Assembly (NCBI GenBank): GCA_041741155.1 | Contig: JBGSKO010000116.1 | Location: forward strand, 29,103 to 93,102 | DNA length: 64,000 nt | Origin: Saprospiraceae bacterium | Lineage (GTDB): Bacteria > Bacteroidota > Bacteroidia > Chitinophagales > Saprospiraceae | Direction: 5' to 3' | In this document: piece by piece, positions 8,606-18,228 of the stretch | How the letters are laid out: every line of letters begins with the position of its first letter | How positions within the stretch are numbered: the first letter of the stretch is position 1 | Notes under the pieces: generated by a model | What the model was told of the DNA's origin: nothing | What the model saw: only the letters and a program-made list of their open reading frames with translations | The model's database searches: none | Made by a program: the position numbers and the translations under genes

Positions 8606-9829
8606 ATGAGGAATACATTCGCATGGGTACTGTTGTGGCTACTTTTCCATACAGCAGACGCGCAGGTCAGTGCGCCTGTACTGGTGGATACGGTGCCGAG
8701 CCGGGTATTCAAACGCCTCGATATTTTCCCTGCAATCAGTTATGCGCCGGAAACAAAACTCACGCTCGGGGTTATTGGCATCAAGTATTTTGACTTGTCC
8801 CAAGGCGATTTTTCCACACCCATATCCAATCTGGAATTCCTCGGGGTGTACACCCTGAACAAGCAGATTGTGTTCGAAACGCGGTGGGAGGTTTTTACCC
8901 GGCAGCGGCAGTGGCGCACGCGCGGCGAAGCCTTTTTGCACCGCTATCCCGACCGTAACTACGGCGTCGGCAACGATGCCGCCGTGCTCGTGTTGAAGCA
9001 GAATGACGACGGCGGACAGGATACGGTCAACTATATGTTTTACACCTCCGGCCGGATCAAGGTTTCGCCGGTTGTGCTGCGCAAAATCCGGCCCAACCTG
9101 TATGCCGGCGTGCAATATGATATGGAGTACCTGTTCAACATGAAAACGCACACGGATGAATATTTTTACGTCCAGGCGGATTCGGTCAACATCCAGCGTC
9201 TGCCGGTAGCCGGTGTGCGTTCGGGTATTGGTTTTCAGGTGCTTTATGACAACCGCGAGCGGATGATCAATCCGCTGAAAGGCACAGTCATTGAGTTGAA
9301 CAACCTGAATTACGGCAAGTTCGTAGGCAGCGATTACCGGTTTACGCTGCTTTCCGTGGATGCCCGCCACTACATCAACACGTTTAAAAACCAAACCCTG
9401 GCGCTGCGTGCGGTCGGCATGCTGGAGTTCACGGACGACCAAATACCGATGCGGGCGCTGGGGCGGGTCGGCGGGCACAAGTTCATTCGAGGGTATTTCA
9501 AGGGGACCTACCAGGATTACAATATGCTTGCTTTTGAAACGGAGTACCGCTTGCCGTTCTGGCCGGAGGGCACAAAAGCCAAACTCTGGCAGGTATGGAA
9601 AAGGCTGGGCATCGTAGGTTTTGTCAGCGGGGCGCAAGTGTTTCACGAGGTATCCGACGTGCGGCTTGATGGTTTCAACCTGGCGGTTGGCGGCGGGCTG
9701 CGGGTTTTGTTCAATCCCCAGTCGCGGGTTAACCTGCGGTTTGACTACGCTTTTGGTCTGCGGAACGACTCGGACGGCCCCGGCAAACGACAGCGCGGAT
9801 TCTATTTTTTCCTGGGCGAGGCTTTTTAA
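8606..9829 (+). CDS. Omp85/BamA-superfamily outer-membrane beta-barrel protein (surface antigen D15 domain)
   Basis: Signal peptide MRNTFAWVLLWLLFHTADAQ. Contains the LGRVGGHKFIRGYF block and beta-strand repeats. The C-terminus ends in the aromatic residue typical of OMPs (FFLGEAF). Confidence 0.75.
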   Translation: MRNTFAWVLLWLLFHTADAQVSAPVLVDTVPSRVFKRLDIFPAISYAPETKLTLGVIGIKYFDLSQGDFSTPISNLEFLGVYTLNKQIVFETRWEVFTRQRQWRTRGEAFLHRYPDRNYGVGNDAAVLVLKQNDDGGQDTVNYMFYTSGRIKVSPVVLRKIRPNLYAGVQYDMEYLFNMKTHTDEYFYVQADSVNIQRLPVAGVRSGIGFQVLYDNRERMINPLKGTVIELNNLNYGKFVGSDYRFTLLSVDARHYINTFKNQTLALRAVGMLEFTDDQIPMRALGRVGGHKFIRGYFKGTYQDYNMLAFETEYRLPFWPEGTKAKLWQVWKRLGIVGFVSGAQVFHEVSDVRLDGFNLAVGGGLRVLFNPQSRVNLRFDYAFGLRNDSDGPGKRQRGFYFFLGEAF

Positions 9830-9841
9830 AACAATCACCAG

Positions 9842-11149
9842 ATGCAACAACCAACAATACCCGCCATCACCAAAAATGACCCTAAAATCATCAACGCGTG
9901 GGCCATGTACGATTGGGCCAACTCGGTGTACATGCTGGTGATCACTTCCGCTATTTTTCCGGCCTACTACAACTCGGTGACCCGCGTCAATGGCAGCACC
10001 CGGATCAATGTCCTGGGCTTTGACATCGAAAACACGGCAGCCTATTCCATCAACCTCGGTATTGCATTCGGGATTATCGCCCTGTTTTCGCCCATGCTGT
10101 CGTCTATTTCCGACTACTCCGGCAGCCACAAAAAATTCATGCGCTTCTTTTGCTACCTCGGCGCACTGGGGTGTATGCTGCTGTTTTTTTTTACCGGTAG
10201 CGACCGCGTTTTGCTGGGGCTTGGAGGCATGATGCTGGCCACCATTGGCTATGCCGGGAGTATTGTTTTTTACAATTCCTACCTGCCGGCTATTGCCACG
10301 GAAGACCGCCAGGACAAGGTGAGTGCGCGGGGCTACGCCTTGGGCTACCTCGGCGCCACAACCCTCCTGATCATCAACCTGATCGCTATTTTGAATCAAA
10401 AAGCGCTCGGTATCGCCGATGATTCCCTCCTGCCGCGCCTGTCTTTTTTGCTCACGGGATTGTGGTGGATCGGGTTTGCGCAAATCACGTTCAGCAAACT
10501 GCCCAGCCGCGTACACGGTAACCAACAAACCGGCAACTACCTGCTCAATGGCTACCGGGAACTACTGAAGGTGTGGCGTCGCCTGAAGTCCGAGCGAATG
10601 TTGCGCACCTTCCTGCTGAGTTTTTTCTTCTACATCATGGGTGTGCAGACGGTGATGTTTATGGCGGCGTCTTTTGGTGAAAAAGAAGTCCACCTGCCGA
10701 TGATGAACCTCATCATCACGATTCTTGTCCTGGAATATGTCGGCATCGGCGGTGCATTCCTGTTTGCCTGGCTATCGAAAAAACTGGGAAACACCCGCGG
10801 CCTGACTATCGCTATTGTGGTATGGATTCTGATTTGCCTCGGCAGCTATTTCATCACCACGGCGGTGCATTTCTACATTGCCGGTTTTTTCATCGGTATG
10901 GTGATGGGCGGTATCCAGTCGCTCTCGCGCTCCACGTACTCCAAGTTTATCCCGAAAACCGGAAACAACGCGGGGTACTTCAGTTTCTACGATGTGTGCG
11001 AAAAGGTCGCTATGATGTGCGGTCTCATCCTGTGGGGCTACCTCGACAACGTGACGGGCAGTATGCGCAATTCTATCCTGGTACTGGCTTTGTGGTTTAG
11101 CCTTGGCCTGATTTTGATGTTACGGGTGCAGGGGGAAAGCAAGCGATAG
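9842..11149 (+). CDS. MFS transporter, UMF1/Atg22-like family
   Basis: N-terminal INAWAMYDWANSVY motif of the UMF1 family and about 12 hydrophobic helices. Confidence 0.85.
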   Translation: MQQPTIPAITKNDPKIINAWAMYDWANSVYMLVITSAIFPAYYNSVTRVNGSTRINVLGFDIENTAAYSINLGIAFGIIALFSPMLSSISDYSGSHKKFMRFFCYLGALGCMLLFFFTGSDRVLLGLGGMMLATIGYAGSIVFYNSYLPAIATEDRQDKVSARGYALGYLGATTLLIINLIAILNQKALGIADDSLLPRLSFLLTGLWWIGFAQITFSKLPSRVHGNQQTGNYLLNGYRELLKVWRRLKSERMLRTFLLSFFFYIMGVQTVMFMAASFGEKEVHLPMMNLIITILVLEYVGIGGAFLFAWLSKKLGNTRGLTIAIVVWILICLGSYFITTAVHFYIAGFFIGMVMGGIQSLSRSTYSKFIPKTGNNAGYFSFYDVCEKVAMMCGLILWGYLDNVTGSMRNSILVLALWFSLGLILMLRVQGESKR

Positions 11150-11172
11150 GCACGTTTATGCGGAGCAAAAAA

Positions 11173-11216
11173 GCAAAAGGCAAAAAGCAAGGAGATCCTC
11201 ACTTTTTGCCTTTTGC
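11173..11216. terminator. bidirectional stem-loop between convergent genes
   Basis: GCAAAAGGCAAAAAG (11173-11187) pairs perfectly with CTTTTTGCCTTTTGC (11202-11216). A/T runs lie on both sides. Confidence 0.6.
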
Positions 11217-11237
11217 AAATGCACTTTTTGAAACCGC

Positions 11238-14200
11238 TTACTTCTTCACCACTTTCGCTACGCTGCTGCCTTTGCTGCTTTCAACCTGTATAATGTACAG
11301 GCCGGCGGGCAGTTGCTGGATGTCGAGCGGGAATACCTGGCCGGCAAACACATTGTTGAAGCGGTGCTGAGCGGCTATGCGGCCGTCTGCGCCGATGATC
11401 TGCACTTGCACGGGACCGTCGGCGGAAGCGCCAAACGACAGGGCCACCATATCGGTAGCCGGGTTGGGTTGTACGCGCAGTCCGAGGGCGTTGTCGGTTG
11501 GCTCGTCGGTACCGACCAGCGCTCCGGCGTCCACGATCACGCCGCGCTCGGGGGCACGGGCACAAGCCACGTCGCCGGCATCGGAGCGGATACAAGCTTC
11601 GGTGTCGTAGTTCAGCATGTCCATGATGTCCACCTGATCCACTACCCAGCCGCTATTGGCTGCTGCCGTATTGTCGTCGGTGCCGAAACGGAACTGGAAG
11701 GAAATTTCCTTGCCGGCATAGTCGCTCATATCGAAATAGGAGCGCACCCAGCCGTTGGAATTGCCGGAGAAACCGCTGAGGTACGGAATAGCGAAGGTGC
11801 CGTACTGGATACCGCCGCTATAGCCGCCGCGGATAACCTGGCTGCGATCGAAACGACGCCATTGCGATTCGCCATTAATTTGAACTTCCAGAAAACCGGC
11901 ATCAGCACCGGCTTCGGTGTTGTAGTTGTGCCAGAAACGCAGTACCGGTTGTGTGCCGTTGATGGCCACCGGCGAGTAGTTCAACAGCGCCTGATCGGTT
12001 TCGGTAGCCGGTGCATCAGCTCGCCATGCCTGGCTACCCGTTTTTACAGAGTCGCCTTGCAAGTAGAAGAGGTTGTTGCCTTTGTCGTTGTTGATGAGTG
12101 AAATCCAGCGGTCGCCTTCTTCTTCCATATCGTCGCGGAAGTACAGGAGGGAGGCGGCGGTCGGGTCTGATTTGGCGGTGTAGGTCAGGGTTATTTCCTG
12201 TAAGGAAGGCATGTCACCGATGTTCCAGGTAACAACGCCGCCCACGTTGGTGCCGCCATTGGAAGCCGACACCAAGGAGAGTCCGTTAGGCAGCGGGTCG
12301 GTTACAACCACGCCTTCCGCTGTTTCGTCCTTGTGGTTGATGATTTTGATGGTAAACTCGACGTTGTCGCCGGCCGTGATGATCGGCGTGGAGGTCGTTT
12401 TGCTGATTTTCAGCTCCTTCACGCAGGTCGGGATCGGGTCAAAACTCTCGACGCCGTCGCCGGAGTTGTCGCTGCTACCCTGGCTGGCAAAGACACCCAT
12501 GCCGCGGCGGGCGAATACGCCCATGATAAGGCAGGTATCCACACCGTCGTAGTTGAGCATATCGGCGGCGATGATAGCGTCGCGGCCGTCAATAAAGCCG
12601 GGGCTGCAGGGTTGCAGTTTCATGCCGTCCATGACGAGCTGGATGGCGCGGAAGTTACCGCTGCCGGTGTTGCTCAGGTCGGCGTCGAAGCCGTATTTTT
12701 CTACAAAAGCCCAGTACAGGTCCCAGGTTACGGTAGCCCAAATTTCGCCGATCGCGTGTACGCCCGTGCTGGCGGCTACGGTTGCGAAGGTGTGTGGGTT
12801 GACGGTCATATCCGTGGAATACGGGACGCGGCGGATACCAACGCCGTCGTTGGGTTGGCGGAAAACGAAGGTGCCAACGCCACGGCGCTGCGCAGCGACG
12901 TCGCTGGCTTTGACGGTGTTAATCAGTGAAAACCAGTCGCTCCAACCCTCGCCCATTTGTTCAGCGTTACCGAGGCAGCCTGCCTGGCTGGGGCCGCCGG
13001 TGAGGCGGTTGGAGATGCCGTGGCCATATTCGTGCGAAACGATACCATTATCGAGGGCGCCGTCGAGCAAGTTAGGACCAGTGATGGTCGGGCGTACCAA
13101 CGAAATATTCAGGCCGGTGCCGACGTACTGGCGCAACAGGTCGCAGGCCGGTTTGGTCATCATGACGGTCGGAATGGTAACCTGGCCGCCAACAGCGCCG
13201 CCATCCATACCGATTGTGGCATCTTCAAAATTGCAAATGATACAGCCGATGGCGCCATTTTGCTGGGCAGTGAGGGCTTTGCGGCCAAATTCGCAGACGC
13301 CCCGGTCAACCATAGCGATTTTGCCTTGCAGGCTGTTTGCCGGCGTCGTACAGTTTTTCGTGGCGTCATTGGATCCCGAGCCATCATCGGTGATAACCAC
13401 CTCGCCGGTAACCGGATCAGCATCAATCGCGGCGCCAAAACTGCCGGCCTGGGCATAATAGGTTCCTTGCACCAGCACCGGCGCATTTACCGTCACGATA
13501 TTGCCGCTTTGGCCGCTCCAGAGGAACATCTGCATCCGGCCACGGCCACCGTCGGCGGGCGTGGCGAAGTTGGCGTTGTTCTCGCCGCCGCCGTCGAGGG
13601 CTTCGGAGCGTACGCCATCAGCTGCAGCACCGCCGTTTCCGTAATTATTTTCCTGAAAGTTACCGGCCTGCTCGTCAAAACCAAAGCGGTAGGTGATGTC
13701 GTGCATCATGTTGTTCATGTAGAACAAGTTGGTGACGGATGCCTCCAGGTTGTCGGCAGGTTCGCCGTTGGGGTCGAACGGGAAGTCGAAGTTGGCATTG
13801 GCGCCGCCATCAACAGATTCATTGGCACTTGACGTGTTGTCGTTGGCGCGGTCTTCATACGCCCACACGTTGTTGCCGCGGGTGTAGGTGTAGTCGGCGC
13901 CGGGTTGGCCATTAACGTCCAGCCAGCCAAAGGGCGATGCGATCGGGTCGGCCGGGTTAACTACCAGTGTACGACTTCCGTGTGCGGGGCTTTCGACAGG
14001 CAGCGCGAAAACGTTGTACGTCTCGTCGGCCAAGCCGTTGCCGCCGGCGGTATTTTGCGTTTTGACGGTTGATTTTTGTGTTTCGGCGACTTCATCCGGG
14101 CACACTTCCCCGAGGCGGTGTGGGTGGCCGACTTTGCAATACACCGTGTGGTTGAATTGCGTGATGATCTGGCCGGTTTGAGCGTCCACGGTGATGGTCC

Positions 14201-14783
14201 ACATATCGGCCGAGTTGGCCTGGTCGAAGAACAATTTCCAGGCGAGGCGCGGTTTGCCGAGATCGTTGAGGTCGTAGCAAATCTCGACGGGTATTTCGGC
14301 GCGGGCGACGTTGCCGGCGTCAAACACCCAGCTGCGGTCGCTGATTTTGCGCTTCAGGCCAGGCGTTTCGGCAGCCGAAAAGCCGAGGTGCGTCACGGCG
14401 ATTTCCAGCGCGCGGGAGGCTGCTAAAGAGGGCAGGGTAGTGTTCACCTGCTGGTTCAGGTCAAGCACAAAGCGGTGGCCGAGGTGCATGACCTCGCCGT
14501 TGGGCTTCACGTGCAGACCGAACAGGGCATTGTACACCGGGATGCCGATGTGCTGCTGTTGCACCCACACGTGCGTGACGCCGTTGTGTTTGGACACGTA
14601 GGCATCCGTGATGCGGACATCCGACACATCTTGCCGGGAAAGATTAAACTGGGTAGGATTACTTTGCAGGAAACGCAGAGCGGTTTCCTTGGCAGGTGCA
14701 AGGTCTTGCGCTTGTACTGAAACGGCGAGGCCGATCAGTGCGCCTGCCAAAAGCCGGAAGCGGTGTAAAATTGTTTGACGCAT
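11238..14783 (-). CDS. secreted M36 (fungalysin-family) metallopeptidase with FTP propeptide, PA-type insert and T9SS C-terminal sorting domain
   Basis: HEYGHGISNRLTGGP is the fungalysin HExxH block. A signal peptide is present. The C-terminal LRVQPNPATDMVALSF...GLYIIQVESSKGSSVAKVVKK is a typical T9SS CTD. Confidence 0.9.
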   Translation of the reverse strand: MRQTILHRFRLLAGALIGLAVSVQAQDLAPAKETALRFLQSNPTQFNLSRQDVSDVRITDAYVSKHNGVTHVWVQQQHIGIPVYNALFGLHVKPNGEVMHLGHRFVLDLNQQVNTTLPSLAASRALEIAVTHLGFSAAETPGLKRKISDRSWVFDAGNVARAEIPVEICYDLNDLGKPRLAWKLFFDQANSADMWTITVDAQTGQIITQFNHTVYCKVGHPHRLGEVCPDEVAETQKSTVKTQNTAGGNGLADETYNVFALPVESPAHGSRTLVVNPADPIASPFGWLDVNGQPGADYTYTRGNNVWAYEDRANDNTSSANESVDGGANANFDFPFDPNGEPADNLEASVTNLFYMNNMMHDITYRFGFDEQAGNFQENNYGNGGAAADGVRSEALDGGGENNANFATPADGGRGRMQMFLWSGQSGNIVTVNAPVLVQGTYYAQAGSFGAAIDADPVTGEVVITDDGSGSNDATKNCTTPANSLQGKIAMVDRGVCEFGRKALTAQQNGAIGCIICNFEDATIGMDGGAVGGQVTIPTVMMTKPACDLLRQYVGTGLNISLVRPTITGPNLLDGALDNGIVSHEYGHGISNRLTGGPSQAGCLGNAEQMGEGWSDWFSLINTVKASDVAAQRRGVGTFVFRQPNDGVGIRRVPYSTDMTVNPHTFATVAASTGVHAIGEIWATVTWDLYWAFVEKYGFDADLSNTGSGNFRAIQLVMDGMKLQPCSPGFIDGRDAIIAADMLNYDGVDTCLIMGVFARRGMGVFASQGSSDNSGDGVESFDPIPTCVKELKISKTTSTPIITAGDNVEFTIKIINHKDETAEGVVVTDPLPNGLSLVSASNGGTNVGGVVTWNIGDMPSLQEITLTYTAKSDPTAASLLYFRDDMEEEGDRWISLINNDKGNNLFYLQGDSVKTGSQAWRADAPATETDQALLNYSPVAINGTQPVLRFWHNYNTEAGADAGFLEVQINGESQWRRFDRSQVIRGGYSGGIQYGTFAIPYLSGFSGNSNGWVRSYFDMSDYAGKEISFQFRFGTDDNTAAANSGWVVDQVDIMDMLNYDTEACIRSDAGDVACARAPERGVIVDAGALVGTDEPTDNALGLRVQPNPATDMVALSFGASADGPVQVQIIGADGRIAAQHRFNNVFAGQVFPLDIQQLPAGLYIIQVESSKGSSVAKVVKK

Positions 14784-15120
14784 TGTACAGAGAGTAATGA
14801 TTTAGTTAGAAAAACACGGAAAAGTCAACACAGTATTTTTGAGAAAGCGGCCAAAGGTAGTGCGTCCGGGCATTTGACAAGTAGTACCTTCGGGAAAATG
14901 CCCACGGTGGCAAAAGTTGGCGGGGCTGGATTCCTGGGATTTACATAGTTTATCGAGTTTAAAAGAGTCCGTGTAGCGGGCGCTATTCCTGTCTATCCAG
15001 TGAATTTTTACCGGGTGTACGCATTTTTTGTCGGCGTGCCGGTGCGCGGCGGAAGAAAAAACAAGACATTAGAGGCTTGTTTTAATAGAAGCAGCAGCAG
15101 CAATGGATATTTCCGGAACG

Positions 15121-15153
15121 AGACCTTCCAGGTTTGACAAACCTGGAAGGTCT
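15121..15153. repeat. 33-nt palindrome, copy 1 of a REP-like element
   Basis: AGACCTTCCAGGTTTGACAAACCTGGAAGGTCT. The same palindrome, with a single central difference, recurs with similar flanks at 26526-26558. Confidence 0.7.
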
Positions 15154-15219
15154 GGATACCCTGAAAACAAAATGTCCATTAGTTTGACAAAAGGCAACCG
15201 TTCACACTCTTAATTTTTA

Positions 15220-17805
15220 ATGATGAAGCGAATTTTACTCTTTTTCTTTTGCCTCGTTCTGGGCAGCAGCCTAACCGCACAACAAACCATCTACGTCAAA
15301 TCCGACGCAGCCGGAGCCAATAACGGCACTTCCTGGCAAAATGCCTACACCGCGCTTTCAGCCGCGCTGGCGGCCGCTGTCCCCGGCGATCAGGTGTGGG
15401 TAGCTGCCGGAACACACAAGCCCGCATCGGCTACGCCCAATGCTTCCTTCACCGTACAGGCCGGAGTGGCCCTTTATGGCGGATTCAACGGTAGCGAAAC
15501 CATGCTTTCGGCCCGAAATCCGGCAACCAACGTGACCATTCTGAGTGGCGACCTGACAGGCGACGACGTCGTCGGGAACTACGCTACCAACCGTACGGAC
15601 AACTCCACACACGTCGTGGAAGTGGTGGACGGTTTGGGTACGGGCGCACGCGCTATTGTGGATGGATTCACCATTTCCGGGGGACAAACCTTGATCGGAG
15701 CCGCCAATCCCGACCTCACCCGCCGGGGCGGCGGCTTGCTGACTACCGCTAAAGCGACGGTGCGCAACTGCCGTTTTACCGATAACAATGCCGAAACCGG
15801 CGGCGCGCTCGCGGCCGTCAACACGACTGCCAGCGGGCTTTTGCTGGACAATTGTTTGTTCGATAAAAACAACGCCACTCTGCTGGGCGCCGGCATTTTC
15901 TTCCGTGACCTGTCTGCCGGCAGCGAGGTAAACCGGTGCATTTTTCAGGAAAATAAAACCATCCGCGGCACATTCTACGTCATCACCTCCGGCAATATGG
16001 TGGTGGACAGCTGCCAGTTCCTGAACAATGACGCCGGCCTGAACCCTTGCTCCGGCCTGTACACCTGGCAAACAACGTTCACCCTGACCAACAGCATTTT
16101 CAAAGGCAACCGCTCGAACGACTATTCGGCGATGTACAACGACGGGCGAAACGGCGTGTTCCCGTTCACAATTGACAACTGCCTGTTCGAAGACAATGTA
16201 GCCGTAGATGCTACCAATACTTCCAACGTGGCCACCGGTGGCGCTATCTTCAACGCCACGACGACGTCGTTGATCAAAAACTGCATATTCAAAAACAACG
16301 CCGGCCACCTCGCCGGGGCCATTTACATGACCGGGAGCGTCCCCGGCAACAAAAATGTCATTGACAATTGCCTGTTCGAAGACAACCGCGCTGCGCCCGG
16401 CGCCAACACCACTGCCGCCCGCGGCGGTACCCTGTACAGCTTCAAGTCCAACTACGAAGTCAAAAACAGCATCTTTAAAAAAGGTAGCGCGACCACCAGC
16501 GGCGGCTATGTGCACAACGCCGACTCCACACTGTACCACTTCACCGACTGCCGGTTTGAGGCAGGTACAGCAGCTTTCGGTGCCGGCACCGCCAACTACA
16601 ATGCCGGTACCGTGGGCACCTACGAAAACTGTGTGTTTGCAGGCAATACTGCGGCTACCAGCGGCGGCGCGGTGTCCACCGCATTTACTGCCAATACCAC
16701 GATGAAAAACTGCACCATCGAGTCGAACAATGCCCGTTTCGGCGGCGGCTTGTTTGTGCAAAACACCAACTCTAAATTAACGGTGCAGGGTTGCTCGATT
16801 TTTGGCAACAATGCACAAGACAATGGCGGCGGGATCAACATTTCCGCGGGTGTTCCATTGCTGATCGAAAACAGCATTTTTGAGGTCAATGTGGCCAATA
16901 CCGGCGGCGCGATCAATTACACCGACGATACCTTCAATGTAGGCACGCTCATCATCCGCAACACGGCTATCCAGAACAACTTCGCCAACACCCAGGGAGC
17001 GGGTATCAATATTTCCAATGCTAATACAGAGCTGACCAACTGCCTGTTTTTCGCCAATCAAAACTTCGGCACAGGCGCCGGCGGCGCGATCATCAACAAT
17101 GCATCCGCTTCTACTTCGCCCTTAACCGCCATCAACTGTACGTTTGCCGACAACTCCGCACCCATTGGCGCCGGTATCGCCCAATGGCAGGATTCGCTCG
17201 GAGGACAAGCTACGCTGGTGCTGCAAAACTGCATTCTGTTCGGAAACTTCGGAACCGACTATGAAATCGAAGCGGGTACACCGACGGTAACCTCCATGGG
17301 GGGCAACCTCGGCGGCGACCAGACCCTGGCTGCCGTACTGGTACAAACCAACGACCAGATCGGCCTCGACCCGCTCTTCGTTGACCCGGTCGGCAGTTTC
17401 GACTACCGCCTGCAGGCCGGAAGCCCGTGCATTGACAAAGGAATCGCTGCCGGCGCGCCCACCACGGATATCGCGGGCAACCCGCGCGGCGGTATCCCTG
17501 ACCAGGGCTGCTACGAGTTCCAAACGATCGGAACCCACCAGCCCGGTACACAGGTTCAACCCCTGCGCCTGATGCCAAACCCCGCCGTCGAACGCTCCAT
17601 TTTGGTGCTGGAAGGCGACTGGTCGGGCCAGGTACAGGTAACGGTTGTCGCACAAAACGGCGCACAGGTTCGCGCGTTCACGGCGTACAAAACTGCCGGC
17701 CGCTGGGCACAGCCGCTGGATGTACACGACTTGCCCGCCGGAGTATATTCGGTGCAAGTAGCATCGGGTACAGAACGGTTCGAAGGCGGTTTGGTGAAGC
17801 AATAG
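15220..17805 (+). CDS. secreted right-handed beta-helix repeat protein (Pmp-like GGAI repeats) with T9SS sorting domain
   Basis: Signal peptide. Many GGA[ILV]/GGGL + NxxF(xxN) repeats (GGAIFNATTT, GGGLFVQNTN, GGAINYTDD, GGAIINNASA). C-terminal LRLMPNPAVERSILV...GVYSVQVASGTERFEGGLVKQ. Confidence 0.85.
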   Translation: MMKRILLFFFCLVLGSSLTAQQTIYVKSDAAGANNGTSWQNAYTALSAALAAAVPGDQVWVAAGTHKPASATPNASFTVQAGVALYGGFNGSETMLSARNPATNVTILSGDLTGDDVVGNYATNRTDNSTHVVEVVDGLGTGARAIVDGFTISGGQTLIGAANPDLTRRGGGLLTTAKATVRNCRFTDNNAETGGALAAVNTTASGLLLDNCLFDKNNATLLGAGIFFRDLSAGSEVNRCIFQENKTIRGTFYVITSGNMVVDSCQFLNNDAGLNPCSGLYTWQTTFTLTNSIFKGNRSNDYSAMYNDGRNGVFPFTIDNCLFEDNVAVDATNTSNVATGGAIFNATTTSLIKNCIFKNNAGHLAGAIYMTGSVPGNKNVIDNCLFEDNRAAPGANTTAARGGTLYSFKSNYEVKNSIFKKGSATTSGGYVHNADSTLYHFTDCRFEAGTAAFGAGTANYNAGTVGTYENCVFAGNTAATSGGAVSTAFTANTTMKNCTIESNNARFGGGLFVQNTNSKLTVQGCSIFGNNAQDNGGGINISAGVPLLIENSIFEVNVANTGGAINYTDDTFNVGTLIIRNTAIQNNFANTQGAGINISNANTELTNCLFFANQNFGTGAGGAIINNASASTSPLTAINCTFADNSAPIGAGIAQWQDSLGGQATLVLQNCILFGNFGTDYEIEAGTPTVTSMGGNLGGDQTLAAVLVQTNDQIGLDPLFVDPVGSFDYRLQAGSPCIDKGIAAGAPTTDIAGNPRGGIPDQGCYEFQTIGTHQPGTQVQPLRLMPNPAVERSILVLEGDWSGQVQVTVVAQNGAQVRAFTAYKTAGRWAQPLDVHDLPAGVYSVQVASGTERFEGGLVKQ

Positions 17806-17828
17806 TACTGTTGAAGTACTTCGCGATT

Positions 17829-17885
17829 AAAGGCACACAGGGTAGAGCAGGTTTACAGCTCGTCTTGTGTGCCTTTTTTGTTTTT
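17829..17885 (+). terminator. rho-independent terminator of the beta-helix protein gene
   Basis: AAAGGCACACA (17829-17839) pairs with TGTGTGCCTTT (17866-17876) and is followed by TTTGTTTTT. Confidence 0.65.
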
Positions 17886-17892
17886 AAATCCA

Positions 17893-18101
17893 GGCTTTTC
17901 GGGAGTGTTTAGAGAACTGTGTCAAACCTACCGAGAGATATTTTTTAACACAGACAAACGCAGACTGCTGCGCAGACAAAAACAGAGTGTAACTTATTTA
18001 AAATCAAATCTCTGTGTTTGTCTGCGCAGCAGTCTGCGTTTGTCTGTGTTAAATTTGCTCTCAACGGGCTGACACAGTTCTCTGAACACTCCCGGCTTTT
18101 C
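17893..18101. mobile_element. MITE-like non-autonomous element (193 bp) with 24-bp terminal inverted repeats and an 8-bp target-site duplication
   Basis: TIRs are GGGAGTGTTTAGAGAACTGTGTCA (17901-17924) and TGACACAGTTCTCTGAACACTCCC (18070-18093), 23/24. Both ends are flanked by the direct repeat GGCTTTTC (17893-17900 and 18094-18101). Internal 43-bp arms at 17945-17987 / 18010-18052 have 1 mismatch. No coding capacity. Confidence 0.65.
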
Positions 18102-18228
18102 CGGTGATAAATCGCCCGGCAAAACCAAAAATTAAAATCATCGTATTCGTTTCAATTTGTCATTTGGTAATTCAACGCCGTGTAGCATCTTTGCGCCCTA
18201 TTTTGATTTGATCCAAATAAGCATAAGT

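Noticed and set aside
8639-10528. 629-aa ORF on the minus strand.
   Set aside because: It spans two well-supported plus-strand genes, the Omp85-like OMP and the UMF1 MFS transporter. It has no motifs and shadow-ORF composition.
15358-16761. 467-aa ORF on the minus strand.
   Set aside because: It is antisense to the beta-helix repeat protein gene. Its repetitive A/G/V-rich translation mirrors the sense-strand repeats.
17869-18072. 67-aa plus-strand ORF.
   Set aside because: It lies entirely within the MITE-like palindromic element, and the translation merely reflects the inverted repeat.
18102-18228. Possible Fur box or riboswitch in the leader of the TonB-dependent receptor gene.
   Set aside because: Only vague AT-rich similarity (AAAATCATCGTATTCG). 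There is no 19-bp palindrome and no conserved riboswitch core sequence that I could recognise.
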